Part shown: positions 48,928 to 58,982 of the stretch, piece after piece
How the letters are laid out: the number at the start of each line of letters is the position of its first letter
How positions within the stretch are numbered: position 1 is the stretch's first letter
Virus record (IMG/VR): IMGVR_UViG_3300045988_187870
Strand: one strand, 5' to 3'
From: a virus
DNA length: 64,000 bases
The notes under the pieces: model-generated
Told to the model about the DNA's origin: nothing
What the model saw: the letters and a program-made list of their open reading frames with translations, nothing else
Database searches by the model: none
Position numbers and translations under genes: made by a program

Positions 48928-49905
48928 ATGGAAAACATCGTTTTAGCAGGTATTGGAATACTTGCCTACTTCTTTATGCGCACTTTAACGGGGCTAAAGA
49001 TCTTCCCGTTACTTCATGAGATACTCACTGCTTTAACAGGCTCTGCAGTTAAGTCTACAACTCAATTTCGAGAACAGACTGCAGTGACATTTAGAAGAAT
49101 GTCACTTGATGAAAAGCGTAAGAGCGTGAAATATCGCTACTACTGTTTCATCAATGAGGTTTTAGCAGCATTCGGCTTAAAACAGCGTGGAATCAATGTT
49201 GAGGGCTTTACAATGTCTCTTATTGCAGTTGTGATTGCAATAAGCATTGTTATTGCACTAGTAACTTCATCAGTGGCTTATGCTTTGCTATTACCAATTA
49301 TCTTACTGCCAACTTTTATTGCATTGATATTTTTAGGATCACGTATGAGGGTACGCAAACGCAAAATTGAACTTTTGGATGCCATGGATATCTTATGTGC
49401 AGTTATGACAGATGGAATACTGAAAGCTGTTAAAGAGAACTATGCACAATTCCCTACAGATATCCAGGATTACTTTAAGAAATTTGTAAATAACGTGGAA
49501 CTTCTCAATATGTCAGTACCACAGGCAGTACAGGAGTTGAACGAGGATATTGGTAGTCTGTATGATGAATTTTGTGATAGTGTCATCACATACGAGGCAA
49601 ATAGAGCTAGAGGTATGGAAACACTGTTTAACTTCTATATTTCAGAAAATGGTAAAACACAAGCTCGTGATAGACAGATAAAGCGATTAAGCGATTCAGC
49701 TAATATGGACTATTTTGCTTCACTGCTAGTTATTGTGCTATTTGGTGTCTTCTCATCAGTGTTTCTTGGGGGCGGTTCAAGCTTGTGGGCAACACCATTA
49801 GGCAAAGTTGTAATAGTACTACTGATCTTGGGAGCAGTAGGTGTATTCATATACATTCAGTACTTGCTTTCGAAGCCATTCATTTATACGGAGAAAGATA
49901 ATTAA
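48928..49905 (+). CDS. TadB-like polytopic membrane protein (GspF fold)
   Basis: multiple TM helices; follows the ATPase. Confidence 0.45.
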   Translation: MENIVLAGIGILAYFFMRTLTGLKIFPLLHEILTALTGSAVKSTTQFREQTAVTFRRMSLDEKRKSVKYRYYCFINEVLAAFGLKQRGINVEGFTMSLIAVVIAISIVIALVTSSVAYALLLPIILLPTFIALIFLGSRMRVRKRKIELLDAMDILCAVMTDGILKAVKENYAQFPTDIQDYFKKFVNNVELLNMSVPQAVQELNEDIGSLYDEFCDSVITYEANRARGMETLFNFYISENGKTQARDRQIKRLSDSANMDYFASLLVIVLFGVFSSVFLGGGSSLWATPLGKVVIVLLILGAVGVFIYIQYLLSKPFIYTEKDN

Positions 49906-50849
49906 TGACACAGATTGCCAACAACATAGTCAAGTTCTTCTCAGAGAAATGGCCTATACTGGCAATTGCAGTTGTTGCCATAATATTCTGTTTTCTGCTT
50001 TACAAATGGTTGTTTACGCCAAGAAAAAGCACAGTACAGAGTAATTCAGAGAAGAATCGTAAACGGATTGATAAAGGCATTTCTTATAAAGAAAACCAAA
50101 AAGCATTACAAGCTAAAATCGACATTGCAAAGTTCTGGGGAAAGTTACCACTAGTTTCTTTCACAGAAGAGGACAAAGAAGAGCTTCAAAAACTCATTTT
50201 AGCAGTAGACAAACGAACGCCATCTGGACGTTTGATGCTACCTGAAGAGATTTATTGCCAGCAGCTATTTATAGCTCTGGCAATAATTTTTGTATGTGTA
50301 ATCTTGATGTTTCTTACACCTTTTACAATCTTGGGTGTACTTATAGTTCCAATCATTATGCGTACACCAGTTAAAACGTTAGAAGGAGAACGGAAGGATT
50401 TTGCTGTTGCTTTAGCAGATGAATTTCTCTCTTTTTATAAACTGTATTTTGTCCAGTTTATTCAACCGGATAATACAACTACTCTCTCAGCAGTAATTAA
50501 TGACTATTTACAAAATGCATCGTTGTCAGTAAAGAAAATACTGAAAGTAGTAGATAGTGATTTGGCTAAGGGGGAAGAATTTGCACTGAAGCGTTTTGAT
50601 GCACGCTTCCCAGATAGCCCAAAAGTACATAAGTTTTGTTCTGTCGCACGAGCTAGGACAAAGGGTGATGAAACAAGCTATGAAACAATGAAAAGCTTTC
50701 TGGATCTTTTACAGGAAGAGCACGATGTGTATTTTGACACAGAGTGCAAGAAACGCGAAAAGCGAATTGAATCAGTTATAGGCATATTCTTAGCAATAAG
50801 TTTATGTATTGTTGCATTCATGGCTTTCGCGATGATGTTTATGGTCTAA
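49905..50849 (+). CDS. TadC-like polytopic membrane protein
   Basis: TM topology; ATGA overlap with the upstream gene. Confidence 0.45.
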   Translation: MTQIANNIVKFFSEKWPILAIAVVAIIFCFLLYKWLFTPRKSTVQSNSEKNRKRIDKGISYKENQKALQAKIDIAKFWGKLPLVSFTEEDKEELQKLILAVDKRTPSGRLMLPEEIYCQQLFIALAIIFVCVILMFLTPFTILGVLIVPIIMRTPVKTLEGERKDFAVALADEFLSFYKLYFVQFIQPDNTTTLSAVINDYLQNASLSVKKILKVVDSDLAKGEEFALKRFDARFPDSPKVHKFCSVARARTKGDETSYETMKSFLDLLQEEHDVYFDTECKKREKRIESVIGIFLAISLCIVAFMAFAMMFMV

Positions 50850-50862
50850 GGAGGACACATAT

Positions 50863-51084
50863 ATGAATCTTAAGAAGATAGGGCCAGTTGTAGCAATTTT
50901 GGCCGTAGTACTCGTAATCGCAATTGTAGTTATCGCAAACTGGACTAAATGGGCTACTGCTTTAGGCGACTATGCTGGTCAGCAGGTAGGCCTTGATGGG
51001 CTTGGTACTGCTGTTATTGGTGATGCAACAGGTAGAGATGGCGCGCAGGGTAATGGTAATGGCGGAGGCGCACAGGTTCCGTAA
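50863..51084 (+). CDS. small pilin-like protein (73 aa; N-terminal hydrophobic helix, Gly-rich C-terminus)
   Basis: MNLKKIGPVVAILAVVLVIAIVVIANW; RBS taaggaggacacatat; no canonical Flp G/xxxxEY motif. Confidence 0.35.
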   Translation: MNLKKIGPVVAILAVVLVIAIVVIANWTKWATALGDYAGQQVGLDGLGTAVIGDATGRDGAQGNGNGGGAQVP

Positions 51085-51157
51085 TTACTAAATTGACGCT
51101 TATATAGGGGGAGTCCTAGCTCCCTCTAACTTTTGATTAAAGATAAAGGAGAAAAAT

Positions 51158-51793
51158 ATGCATAGATTCACATGGGTGGCCAAGGGGCTCTTAGGGTTCA
51201 TTTTAGCAGTTATTGCATTTGATATAATTATGCTCTGCTATTCATTTAGCGTTGTATCAAGCGCAATGGATGATACTTTGGACACAATAGCTGCAATGGT
51301 TGCAGAGGAGAATTGTCTTGACAAGGGTTTGGATAGCGGAAAAGCAATTAAAACTACTATTGACCCAAAAGTCACAATATCTAAAGACTCTAAGATATAC
51401 TCAGCGCTCTCTGTTATGGTTGAAAATGCACCAATCTGGCTAACATACAATCAAAATGGCATGTCCGAGCTTAAAGATGGTAGCAATTGGATTCCTAAGA
51501 ACCCAACTAATACACAAATAACAGTACTTCGGGGTAAACCTGATGATGCAATTAAGAATATCGATGTTAGTTGCTTAACACTAAATGGAACATCTATCAA
51601 CAGTGATATTACATATTTCAGTTATGAGAATTGTCCACAAAGAGGTACCCCTATAACAGTTGAGCTAACTGGATACTGGACGATACAGGTGCTTCCTCAT
51701 TTCGGGAATGGCGCACCTTGGGATGGTTCTGTAAATTTTCAGATTAAGCGTTCTGTTACTGTAGTCGGTACAAAATTTTATAAAGGTAAGTGA
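51158..51793 (+). CDS. TadE-like pseudopilin / membrane-anchored protein
   Basis: N-terminal TM helix GLLGFILAVIAFDIIMLCYSF; RBS aaggagaaaaat. Confidence 0.35.
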   Translation: MHRFTWVAKGLLGFILAVIAFDIIMLCYSFSVVSSAMDDTLDTIAAMVAEENCLDKGLDSGKAIKTTIDPKVTISKDSKIYSALSVMVENAPIWLTYNQNGMSELKDGSNWIPKNPTNTQITVLRGKPDDAIKNIDVSCLTLNGTSINSDITYFSYENCPQRGTPITVELTGYWTIQVLPHFGNGAPWDGSVNFQIKRSVTVVGTKFYKGK

Positions 51794-51797
51794 TAGT

Positions 51798-52709
51798 ATG
51801 TATCTGAAGAAAATAGCTTTAGCAGTTCTTGGATTTTTCATTTTAAGTTTTGCATCAGGATTTATCATTTGGTGCAATGATTTGACAAAACATGAGTCAG
51901 ATCTTCAAACATACATCCGTTTAGCAGTTAAAGATGCTATCATAAATGTACAAACAACTGAGCAGGAAGGCTTAAACTTTACAGTAGCAAATGCAAGAGC
52001 AAGCCAGGAAAAATATGAGGCATATCTTGCGGATTTAAAATCATCAGCAGGGAAGAATCCTGCAGTTGATGAAACTCTTAAAACTATTAGAACATTCTTA
52101 AACAATAACAACGAAGCCTTGCGGAGTACTAAAATAGATGGAGAAGGGTTATTCCGTCCTATACAATTTGGAATGACATATCTTGATAAGGAGTTATTTG
52201 AGGAATCATTTAAAAAATCCTTATCAAATCTTATTGAGGTAAATTATAATTCTGATCATAACATTTCAAAGAGTTTCACATGCTATGACGCTTTACATGT
52301 GTACACAGAGACAATTAACTTTAATATTGATGGCCCTTATGTTGTTCCTTTAACAGATACAGATGACAAGACTAAACAGTTCTTACGCCAGCTTTATGGA
52401 ATAGACAAAGCAAGTGAATATATCTCAGGATATAATGATGCCTTGGGTGCAGATAGTGCAAGTTTGGGTATTTCAACTAATACTGTTCCTGATTTTTATG
52501 TGTATTATGACATCACTGTTGATGTGCCCTGGGGATCTTCAACAGCATTTCCTTTCCTGAGTAAGTCTGTTTGGGATAATAAAGGGTTTAAGAATATAGA
52601 ATATTCTGATCCTGCAAATCAAGATGTTACAGACGCTCAGCGTTTTATTCGTTGGCATAGTGATAGCACTGTCGAGACATATACGTATCGCTATGTATTA
52701 TTAAATTAA
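51798..52709 (+). CDS. membrane-anchored protein (TadE/TadG-like?)
   Basis: N-terminal TM helix. Confidence 0.3.
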   Translation: MYLKKIALAVLGFFILSFASGFIIWCNDLTKHESDLQTYIRLAVKDAIINVQTTEQEGLNFTVANARASQEKYEAYLADLKSSAGKNPAVDETLKTIRTFLNNNNEALRSTKIDGEGLFRPIQFGMTYLDKELFEESFKKSLSNLIEVNYNSDHNISKSFTCYDALHVYTETINFNIDGPYVVPLTDTDDKTKQFLRQLYGIDKASEYISGYNDALGADSASLGISTNTVPDFYVYYDITVDVPWGSSTAFPFLSKSVWDNKGFKNIEYSDPANQDVTDAQRFIRWHSDSTVETYTYRYVLLN

Positions 52710-52726
52710 TTCATGAGGTTTAGCAG

Positions 52727-54253
52727 ATGTTAAATGTAATTCTAACAAACAAACCAAACAAACGTGACCTCTTAGACAGGTTTATTCGATCAAGAGGAAT
52801 TTCAAATTTTATCATCATCACAGAGGCTGCAGATATTGGGAGTATTCTCAGTGATATTATGATTACTAGCGATTCGACTTTTAATCTCCATATTTTTGAC
52901 TATTACGGAGACCTTTCGATAGTTAATACAATTCGTGATTACAGAGATCAGATTAATCTTCTTCGTGTATACGTAGCATCTATTGAGGATTCACATGCAT
53001 ATCTGACTTTAACAGAAGATGTGTTTATAATGCCGAATGTATTTGATATTCTTATGTACTTTTGGGATTCAGATGCTTGTCGAGCTAAGAATGTTGCTGC
53101 GTTTGACTTGATGCATATTGACTTCTTCAAAGTAAACATTCCTGACTCACTTGGTAGAACAGATCAGTTAGCAATTAATATAAACACGCAGCAGATTCCT
53201 TTGAAGTACAAGACAGCAAGTGGCTCGATTGTAGAAACACAGGGACCACAGCTTGTAGTTTCTTGTAAAGCAAAGTCAAAAGAGATTAAATCAATCTTTG
53301 ATACAAGAAATCAAGAGGAAGTCTATAGTCACCGAGTCAGAGATCTATCTGACCTTCCAACAGACATTGTGGAAGATCCAGTTCCTAAGAAAGAACAGGA
53401 AATTGTCATCTCTAAAGAGCCCAAACCTATCAAAGTCAAAGAACCTAAACCAGTTAAAGTTAAAGAGCCCAAGTCTATTAAGGAAAAACCGATTAAGCAG
53501 GCACAACCGGAGAAAGGAAGCTCAGATAAACATGATAATGGTTTCTCTGCTTTCTTTAAGAAGTTCAAGTTCAAGGAAGATGAACATGTTACAGAACCCT
53601 TAGCAGTTAAGGAAGAACCTGTTGCAACGCCGGAGCCAGAACCAATTCAGGAACAGATACCAATACAAGAGGAGCAGAAGTACACAGAGTCTATACCAAC
53701 TTCACAACCAGAGGAATCAAAGTCAAAGCCAGAACTAAAACCTTTTGTTACTTTCTCTGGTGTGAAGGGTGGTACAGAAGTAGCGACTGGTCGTGCACCT
53801 ACACGCAGATACACACTATCAGAGGTGTATGCATCAATATCGCAGTTTTGCATTGAGAAGAAATATATTTCTGCTGAGGATGGTGTATCTTTACAGAAGG
53901 AAGTTGCTAATAAGCCTTCAAGAGATGCACTGTTTGGTAATCTTGCATTGGAACGTGGTCTGATTACAGAAGAGCAGCTGATAGATGCAGTAACACAGGT
54001 AAACCATGTAGAGATTCTTACATGGGAAAAAATATCTGCAATGGAGCTCGATTTCACATACTTTAACAGTGACAAGTGCAAGGAGTTCAAGTTCTTTAAA
54101 CTTAAAGATGCTCAGCCTAATGATACAGCACAAATAGTTTGTGCTTTCTCTCTATCTAGTATACATCCAGAGGTTAGACGTTTATTCGATAATCCACGAA
54201 TTTTGTATACGCTCGATTCCTACATCACACGTAAGTTAGGAGAAACTTCATGA
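52727..54253 (+). CDS. protein with a KEPKPxKV repeat linker and a C-terminal GspE-N (T2SSE_N/MshEN-like) domain
   Basis: C-terminal LFGNLALERGLITEEQLIDAVTQ resembles the GspE/PilB N-terminal domain; 21-bp tandem repeats at 53415-53498. Confidence 0.4.
   Translation: MLNVILTNKPNKRDLLDRFIRSRGISNFIIITEAADIGSILSDIMITSDSTFNLHIFDYYGDLSIVNTIRDYRDQINLLRVYVASIEDSHAYLTLTEDVFIMPNVFDILMYFWDSDACRAKNVAAFDLMHIDFFKVNIPDSLGRTDQLAININTQQIPLKYKTASGSIVETQGPQLVVSCKAKSKEIKSIFDTRNQEEVYSHRVRDLSDLPTDIVEDPVPKKEQEIVISKEPKPIKVKEPKPVKVKEPKSIKEKPIKQAQPEKGSSDKHDNGFSAFFKKFKFKEDEHVTEPLAVKEEPVATPEPEPIQEQIPIQEEQKYTESIPTSQPEESKSKPELKPFVTFSGVKGGTEVATGRAPTRRYTLSEVYASISQFCIEKKYISAEDGVSLQKEVANKPSRDALFGNLALERGLITEEQLIDAVTQVNHVEILTWEKISAMELDFTYFNSDKCKEFKFFKLKDAQPNDTAQIVCAFSLSSIHPEVRRLFDNPRILYTLDSYITRKLGETS
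53415..53498 (+). repeat. 3.5 copies of a 24-bp in-frame tandem repeat (AAAGAGCCCAAACCTATCAAAGTC) encoding KEPKPIKV
   Basis: read directly from the sequence. Confidence 0.7.
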
Positions 54254-55620
54254 TAGGTGTTGTATTGACAAAACGTCGAGAAGAGTTCTATAAACTTGCA
54301 TCTAAGTATGCATTACAGTTCGAGGAAATATTTGATATCTCTGATACTGAAACTTTATGTTCCTATGAGAAAATTTATACTGATGGTCCTGCTATTCCTG
54401 CAGGGCCATTTTTGGTTACGGATATATCTTCAGTTGATCTTAGAACAATTTTTATAGAATCGCCATTGATAGACGCTGAAGTTTTGTTAAAACAGGCATA
54501 TCTTAGATATACTTTTGAAAAGTTTCAAGATGCTATACGGGTTGAGCCATTATCATTCTCTTGTACCTTTGAGGAGCCTTCTATTGTTGATGAATCTACT
54601 CAAGTTAAGATAAAACCGGTTATACTTGATAAAGTACAAGCAAATCCTGTTATAGATAAACCTGTTTTTGAAAAAGAACCTACAGTTGACTTTCAAGACA
54701 TCTTTAACAGCGGTGAACCTGAACCTGAACCAGTACAAGAATGTGAGCAAGAGTCAACATTCATAAACGAGCCTCCATCATCAAAAGTATATCCTACAGA
54801 CTTGTTTGTACAAAAACCAAAGCAGACGCAGCCTGTCAGAAGAACTTCATTGCAACCTGGATCAATTCGAGTACGTGGATTCACACAAAGAAAAAAGATA
54901 TTCCAGGTTCCTGTTTTCACATTTAACAGTTTAACAGATAGAACTGGCACAACAACTCTCACAGCAGCTTTAGCAGTGGCAATGGCAATCCAGCAACCTT
55001 CTGCAAAGATATTGTACTTGGATTTGGATATATCAAATCCAAATTATCTTTTGGAAATGTGGAATCGTAATCCAGGAACAGATGCTAGTGTTAAAACAAT
55101 TGCAGGTTTAGCAGAGGCTGATTTTGAGCAGAACATTTCTCTGTTATCGGAAACTATTTCTGTTTCACAAGCAGTATTTTCATTAATTACTTGGGGACAG
55201 ACCACTTTCGTTGAAAAGAGAATATTAGCAGCACAGGATTTCAATTTATTCATAAACATTATCTACAATAGCTTTGACCTCATTCTTGTAGATATGGGAA
55301 AGCTCCAGTCAACTCTTGATTATCAGATGAAAATGCTCATGTCAACATCAACAAAGCATTTCATTATTGCAGATGGTTCAACATCTCGTAATGTGAGTAC
55401 ATTCATTCAGTTAGCCAGTCAGTTACCTTATAATTTTGAAGTAATTATAAATAAGAACGTGCCTCAATCAGGATCTTTTGCAATTACACAACAATTAAGA
55501 CAAAATCCTATTGCTACTGTAGGATATTATAGAAATATTGATAGAATTCTCACTGATCAGTTACCTATGCAGGGGACTGCGCTGTTCACTGAATTGTGTG
55601 AGTTAGGAGGTAAACTCTGA
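54250..55620 (+). CDS. TadZ/CpaE-like protein (N-terminal receiver-like domain + ParA-like domain)
   Basis: ATGA overlap; TDRTGTTTLTAALAVAMA region. Confidence 0.35.
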   Translation: MIGVVLTKRREEFYKLASKYALQFEEIFDISDTETLCSYEKIYTDGPAIPAGPFLVTDISSVDLRTIFIESPLIDAEVLLKQAYLRYTFEKFQDAIRVEPLSFSCTFEEPSIVDESTQVKIKPVILDKVQANPVIDKPVFEKEPTVDFQDIFNSGEPEPEPVQECEQESTFINEPPSSKVYPTDLFVQKPKQTQPVRRTSLQPGSIRVRGFTQRKKIFQVPVFTFNSLTDRTGTTTLTAALAVAMAIQQPSAKILYLDLDISNPNYLLEMWNRNPGTDASVKTIAGLAEADFEQNISLLSETISVSQAVFSLITWGQTTFVEKRILAAQDFNLFINIIYNSFDLILVDMGKLQSTLDYQMKMLMSTSTKHFIIADGSTSRNVSTFIQLASQLPYNFEVIINKNVPQSGSFAITQQLRQNPIATVGYYRNIDRILTDQLPMQGTALFTELCELGGKL

Positions 55621-56411
55621 TGAACTTAGAAGAACGCATGCGTGAATCAGCACAGCGAGCAACAGCACCAAGACCAGGAGAAGACTACAGCGCATTGAAA
55701 GACCCTAATATAGTATCTATGCTTCGAAACGCCATTAAAGAATCAGAGCCAGAGGATGCTAAATCGTCAGATATAGATGAGCCTGAAGATATGACGCTTG
55801 ATGATGAGGACGAAGTTTTAGATATGCATGCCATGGCTAACAAAATTGCACCTGCTGTTGGCGTATCAGTAACAGGCAAGACAGAAAGTAGTACGCCTGC
55901 GACAACATCTTTAGTAGAAGATAAAAATAGCTCAATGTTAGATTTGGATGATCTGTCGCTGGATAAAAAGGATGAAGATACAGATGAGCCTCAGAACAAT
56001 AAGTTAAAGTTTATTGTTGCAGGTATAGTTTTTATAATCATCTTGGCTATTGTAATAATTTTTAAGATAAAATCTTCTTCTGAACAGCAAAATTCTTCAA
56101 CACAGTCAACTAGCACAACTCAGCAAATTGAATCCAACATACATAAGTATTCAAATGATACTTTAGCGGTGACAGATAGTCAGACATATCAGGATTCAAT
56201 GACAATCAGCAAGTACATTGAGATTATAGACGATGCTTGTTTATTTGTGTTTGAAGGATACGCAGAAAATGCTAGGGCATTTGTTAAAGCTTATGTAGAT
56301 ATTGATACTTACAATACCTACAAGGTTGGAGCACGTGTACCTATCATATATAACCGAATAACAATCGGTAATAAAGATTATTATATGAAAGTGAGGTTGA
56401 ACATTTCATGA
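55620..56411 (+). CDS. acidic protein with a single TM helix
   Basis: RBS gttaggaggtaaactctg; TM helix FIVAGIVFIIILAIVIIF. Confidence 0.5.
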   Translation: MNLEERMRESAQRATAPRPGEDYSALKDPNIVSMLRNAIKESEPEDAKSSDIDEPEDMTLDDEDEVLDMHAMANKIAPAVGVSVTGKTESSTPATTSLVEDKNSSMLDLDDLSLDKKDEDTDEPQNNKLKFIVAGIVFIIILAIVIIFKIKSSSEQQNSSTQSTSTTQQIESNIHKYSNDTLAVTDSQTYQDSMTISKYIEIIDDACLFVFEGYAENARAFVKAYVDIDTYNTYKVGARVPIIYNRITIGNKDYYMKVRLNIS

Positions 56412-57052
56412 GAACGAAAAAGAAGATGTATGTCTTCAGTTTGTTTGCATGCTTCATGTGTTGGATTGGTTTGTTTAGCACATCTGTTTTAGCAGCAAAT
56501 AACTTAGTGCCTTATGATGATACATCGCAGAGCTCATCAGTAACAGCTGTTACTGCTAGCACACCAGAAGACTCTGTAAAGGAGCCACATGATTATGCTG
56601 GCGAGATTTTCCAGGATGTTAAGTATTCAGAGGATCCAGCTGTTACTGGTGCAGTAAGTTCTGTAGCAAAGGTGCTTAGCTGGATAATTACATTTGTTAT
56701 TGGCGTTGTCCCATATGTTATGGGCATTTTGATGGTTATTGATATTGTTTGTTTACTTATCAAACAGGTCAATGTCCTTTTAGCAGGTTTGCCTATTCAG
56801 TTATACTCTGATACTGTTATAGAAATCAACGGTATTCAGTTCGTGGGAACAGGTGAAGGTAACAAAGGCACAACCAATGTTGAGAAAAAGGACCTTAAGG
56901 GTCAATCAAAGTTTTTGTATTACATAAAATCAAAATTCTTTGATATTCTGATAGCAGTAACATTGTTCTTGCTACTACACACGGGCATTCTCTTCGATGT
57001 GATATTCTGGATTGCAAACAGGATTGTAGGATGGATTGATGGTCTTATATGA
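56408..57052 (+). CDS. secreted/membrane protein (signal peptide + 2 TM)
   Basis: ATGA overlap. Confidence 0.45.
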   Translation: MRTKKKMYVFSLFACFMCWIGLFSTSVLAANNLVPYDDTSQSSSVTAVTASTPEDSVKEPHDYAGEIFQDVKYSEDPAVTGAVSSVAKVLSWIITFVIGVVPYVMGILMVIDIVCLLIKQVNVLLAGLPIQLYSDTVIEINGIQFVGTGEGNKGTTNVEKKDLKGQSKFLYYIKSKFFDILIAVTLFLLLHTGILFDVIFWIANRIVGWIDGLI

Positions 57053-57363
57053 TTAAAGCAATTATACGTATTTTTGCTGCAATTAAATGTTCATTGCAGG
57101 AAAAGAATCGCCAATCAAGACAGTTTCAGCAGAAGCAACGTGAGGTGTATAACGAAAGCCTGATAGAAGTAAAACTGATGCAGCAATTGCAGTATATCGT
57201 AGATGAAATGATAAACGATCCTACTATCGAAACTATTAGAATACGTTTCGCTCAGTCTGCATTGCCTTTTGTTGAAGATGCTTTCGCTCACACTCCTCTG
57301 AGGGTTACAGAATGCGCAGAAGAGACAGAATTTATTATCAGTTGCGACGAGGAATTGTTATAA
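57049..57363 (+). CDS. hypothetical protein (104 aa)
   Basis: ATGA overlap. Confidence 0.4.
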   Translation: MIKAIIRIFAAIKCSLQEKNRQSRQFQQKQREVYNESLIEVKLMQQLQYIVDEMINDPTIETIRIRFAQSALPFVEDAFAHTPLRVTECAEETEFIISCDEELL

Positions 57364-57857
57364 TCCTCGTCATTTTTAGTTGCATAGCCTGCACACCTTT
57401 AGCAGGTTATGCAACAAGCTCTCTGGATACAAAGAATGGATATTCTATTGGCAGAAATGATAACTTAACAAATGCTGTACCACAAACAACATCAAAACCA
57501 GGAGTAATTAATTCAGATGACTCTGAATTGATAGACCCTGTTAAGTCTAAAGAGGCGATAGATACAGAATCATTCAATAATGATTTTATCGATACTGCTA
57601 TTTATATCATTGGAGGTTTAGCAGGTATTATGATGATGCTTCAGATCGCAGCATTTTGCTTTACAAAAGTCTATCCATCAACAAATCGCTTTTTTGAGAA
57701 ATTAAAATTCATAGGTATTGATGGTTACGATAGAGGATTTGTTGTGCCAACAATCAAAATTTTACTTTTGGGAATACTATCATTTTTCTGTATCTCAGGA
57801 CTACTAAAACAAGCCATTGCTTATATCTTAGGCTGGTTTGTAATCACATTTGGATAA
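57312..57857 (+). CDS. membrane protein
   Basis: ORF; TM helices. Confidence 0.35.
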   Translation: MRRRDRIYYQLRRGIVIILVIFSCIACTPLAGYATSSLDTKNGYSIGRNDNLTNAVPQTTSKPGVINSDDSELIDPVKSKEAIDTESFNNDFIDTAIYIIGGLAGIMMMLQIAAFCFTKVYPSTNRFFEKLKFIGIDGYDRGFVVPTIKILLLGILSFFCISGLLKQAIAYILGWFVITFG

Positions 57858-57867
57858 GGAGGTTTAT

Positions 57868-58950
57868 ATGCAAACAAAGATAAATAAATGGATGTGCGTT
57901 GATAGGCAAACGCACATTTTTCGTGCTTTAGTATCATTGCTCATTGTTGCAATGATGTTTCTATCTCAAGCATCTTTAGCAGTGACATCATATGCAGCAA
58001 CATCAGTTAGTTTTGATGATTATGCAACTTTTCTTGCTTACAATCGAGCAAAAAACAGTATAGACCCAAAGTCGGGTACTACAGAGAATAAAGACTTTGC
58101 TTTAGCAGATACAGATAGTGCAGAAGAAACTAAAGATACTGACATCTCCGGTGTGTGGACGCTTATTGATGATGTCGCTAAAGCAAAAGCTGCCGGCAAG
58201 ATTGATTCCGTAAAGCAGCCTGTTCTGACAAAACTTGCAGCAACAGCACAACGTATTGTATCAAGTACAACACAAGCCAAATTCACAGAGCAGGTTAAGG
58301 CGGTTTACGCTGCAGCTGGTGGTACAATAAAAATTCATACTGGCACAGGCGCCTATGAAGCAGGGGAGTCTAACTATGCTTCAAAATTGCGCACTGCAGT
58401 AGGCAACTTCAATGCAGCTCAGGCAAGCAGTGCAGCAACTGATGTTTTTGAGTCTATATATGGCGCAGAAAACTGGCATCCTGATACGGGGCTTGCTACA
58501 GAGGCAATGGCAGTTATCTATTCTGTTGTAAATGTTATCTTTACCGTTGTTGCGCAGATTATTATGTGGTTCTTTATGGCACAATCAGCATTTGATTTAT
58601 TCTATATCTCATTTGAACCTATTAGACCCTTCATTGGTCCAAAGGGTAGCGGAGAGAGTAGAGCTAACAACAATGGCGGCGGGGGATTTTGGGATAAGTT
58701 TTGTATTCCGATCTGCTCTAATGCCGCAGTTGAAGCCGCAAATGGAAGCGGCAAGGGTGGTATGGATGGCGGAGCTAGCACAAACTCCAGTAAAGCTGCT
58801 ATCAACTACATAATTAAACGTGCACCATTACTGATAACAATTGCAATTTACTTTATTCTTTCAGTAATGGGTTACTGGACAAAGGTTATTGGTTGGGTAG
58901 CAGATTTTGTTATCAGAATCTTTAACTTTATTTTATCTATCGGCGGATAA
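57868..58950 (+). CDS. membrane protein with an N-terminal TM/signal, a Gly-rich segment and C-terminal TM helices
   Basis: RBS taaggaggtttat. Confidence 0.5.
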   Translation: MQTKINKWMCVDRQTHIFRALVSLLIVAMMFLSQASLAVTSYAATSVSFDDYATFLAYNRAKNSIDPKSGTTENKDFALADTDSAEETKDTDISGVWTLIDDVAKAKAAGKIDSVKQPVLTKLAATAQRIVSSTTQAKFTEQVKAVYAAAGGTIKIHTGTGAYEAGESNYASKLRTAVGNFNAAQASSAATDVFESIYGAENWHPDTGLATEAMAVIYSVVNVIFTVVAQIIMWFFMAQSAFDLFYISFEPIRPFIGPKGSGESRANNNGGGGFWDKFCIPICSNAAVEAANGSGKGGMDGGASTNSSKAAINYIIKRAPLLITIAIYFILSVMGYWTKVIGWVADFVIRIFNFILSIGG

Positions 58951-58982
58951 TCATGTATGTGTCCGCCATATGGGGGACATAT

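Noticed and set aside
50863-51084. A canonical Flp pilin
   Set aside because: It lacks the G/xxxxEY Flp motif, and no prepilin peptidase was recognised in the window. It is called only pilin-like.
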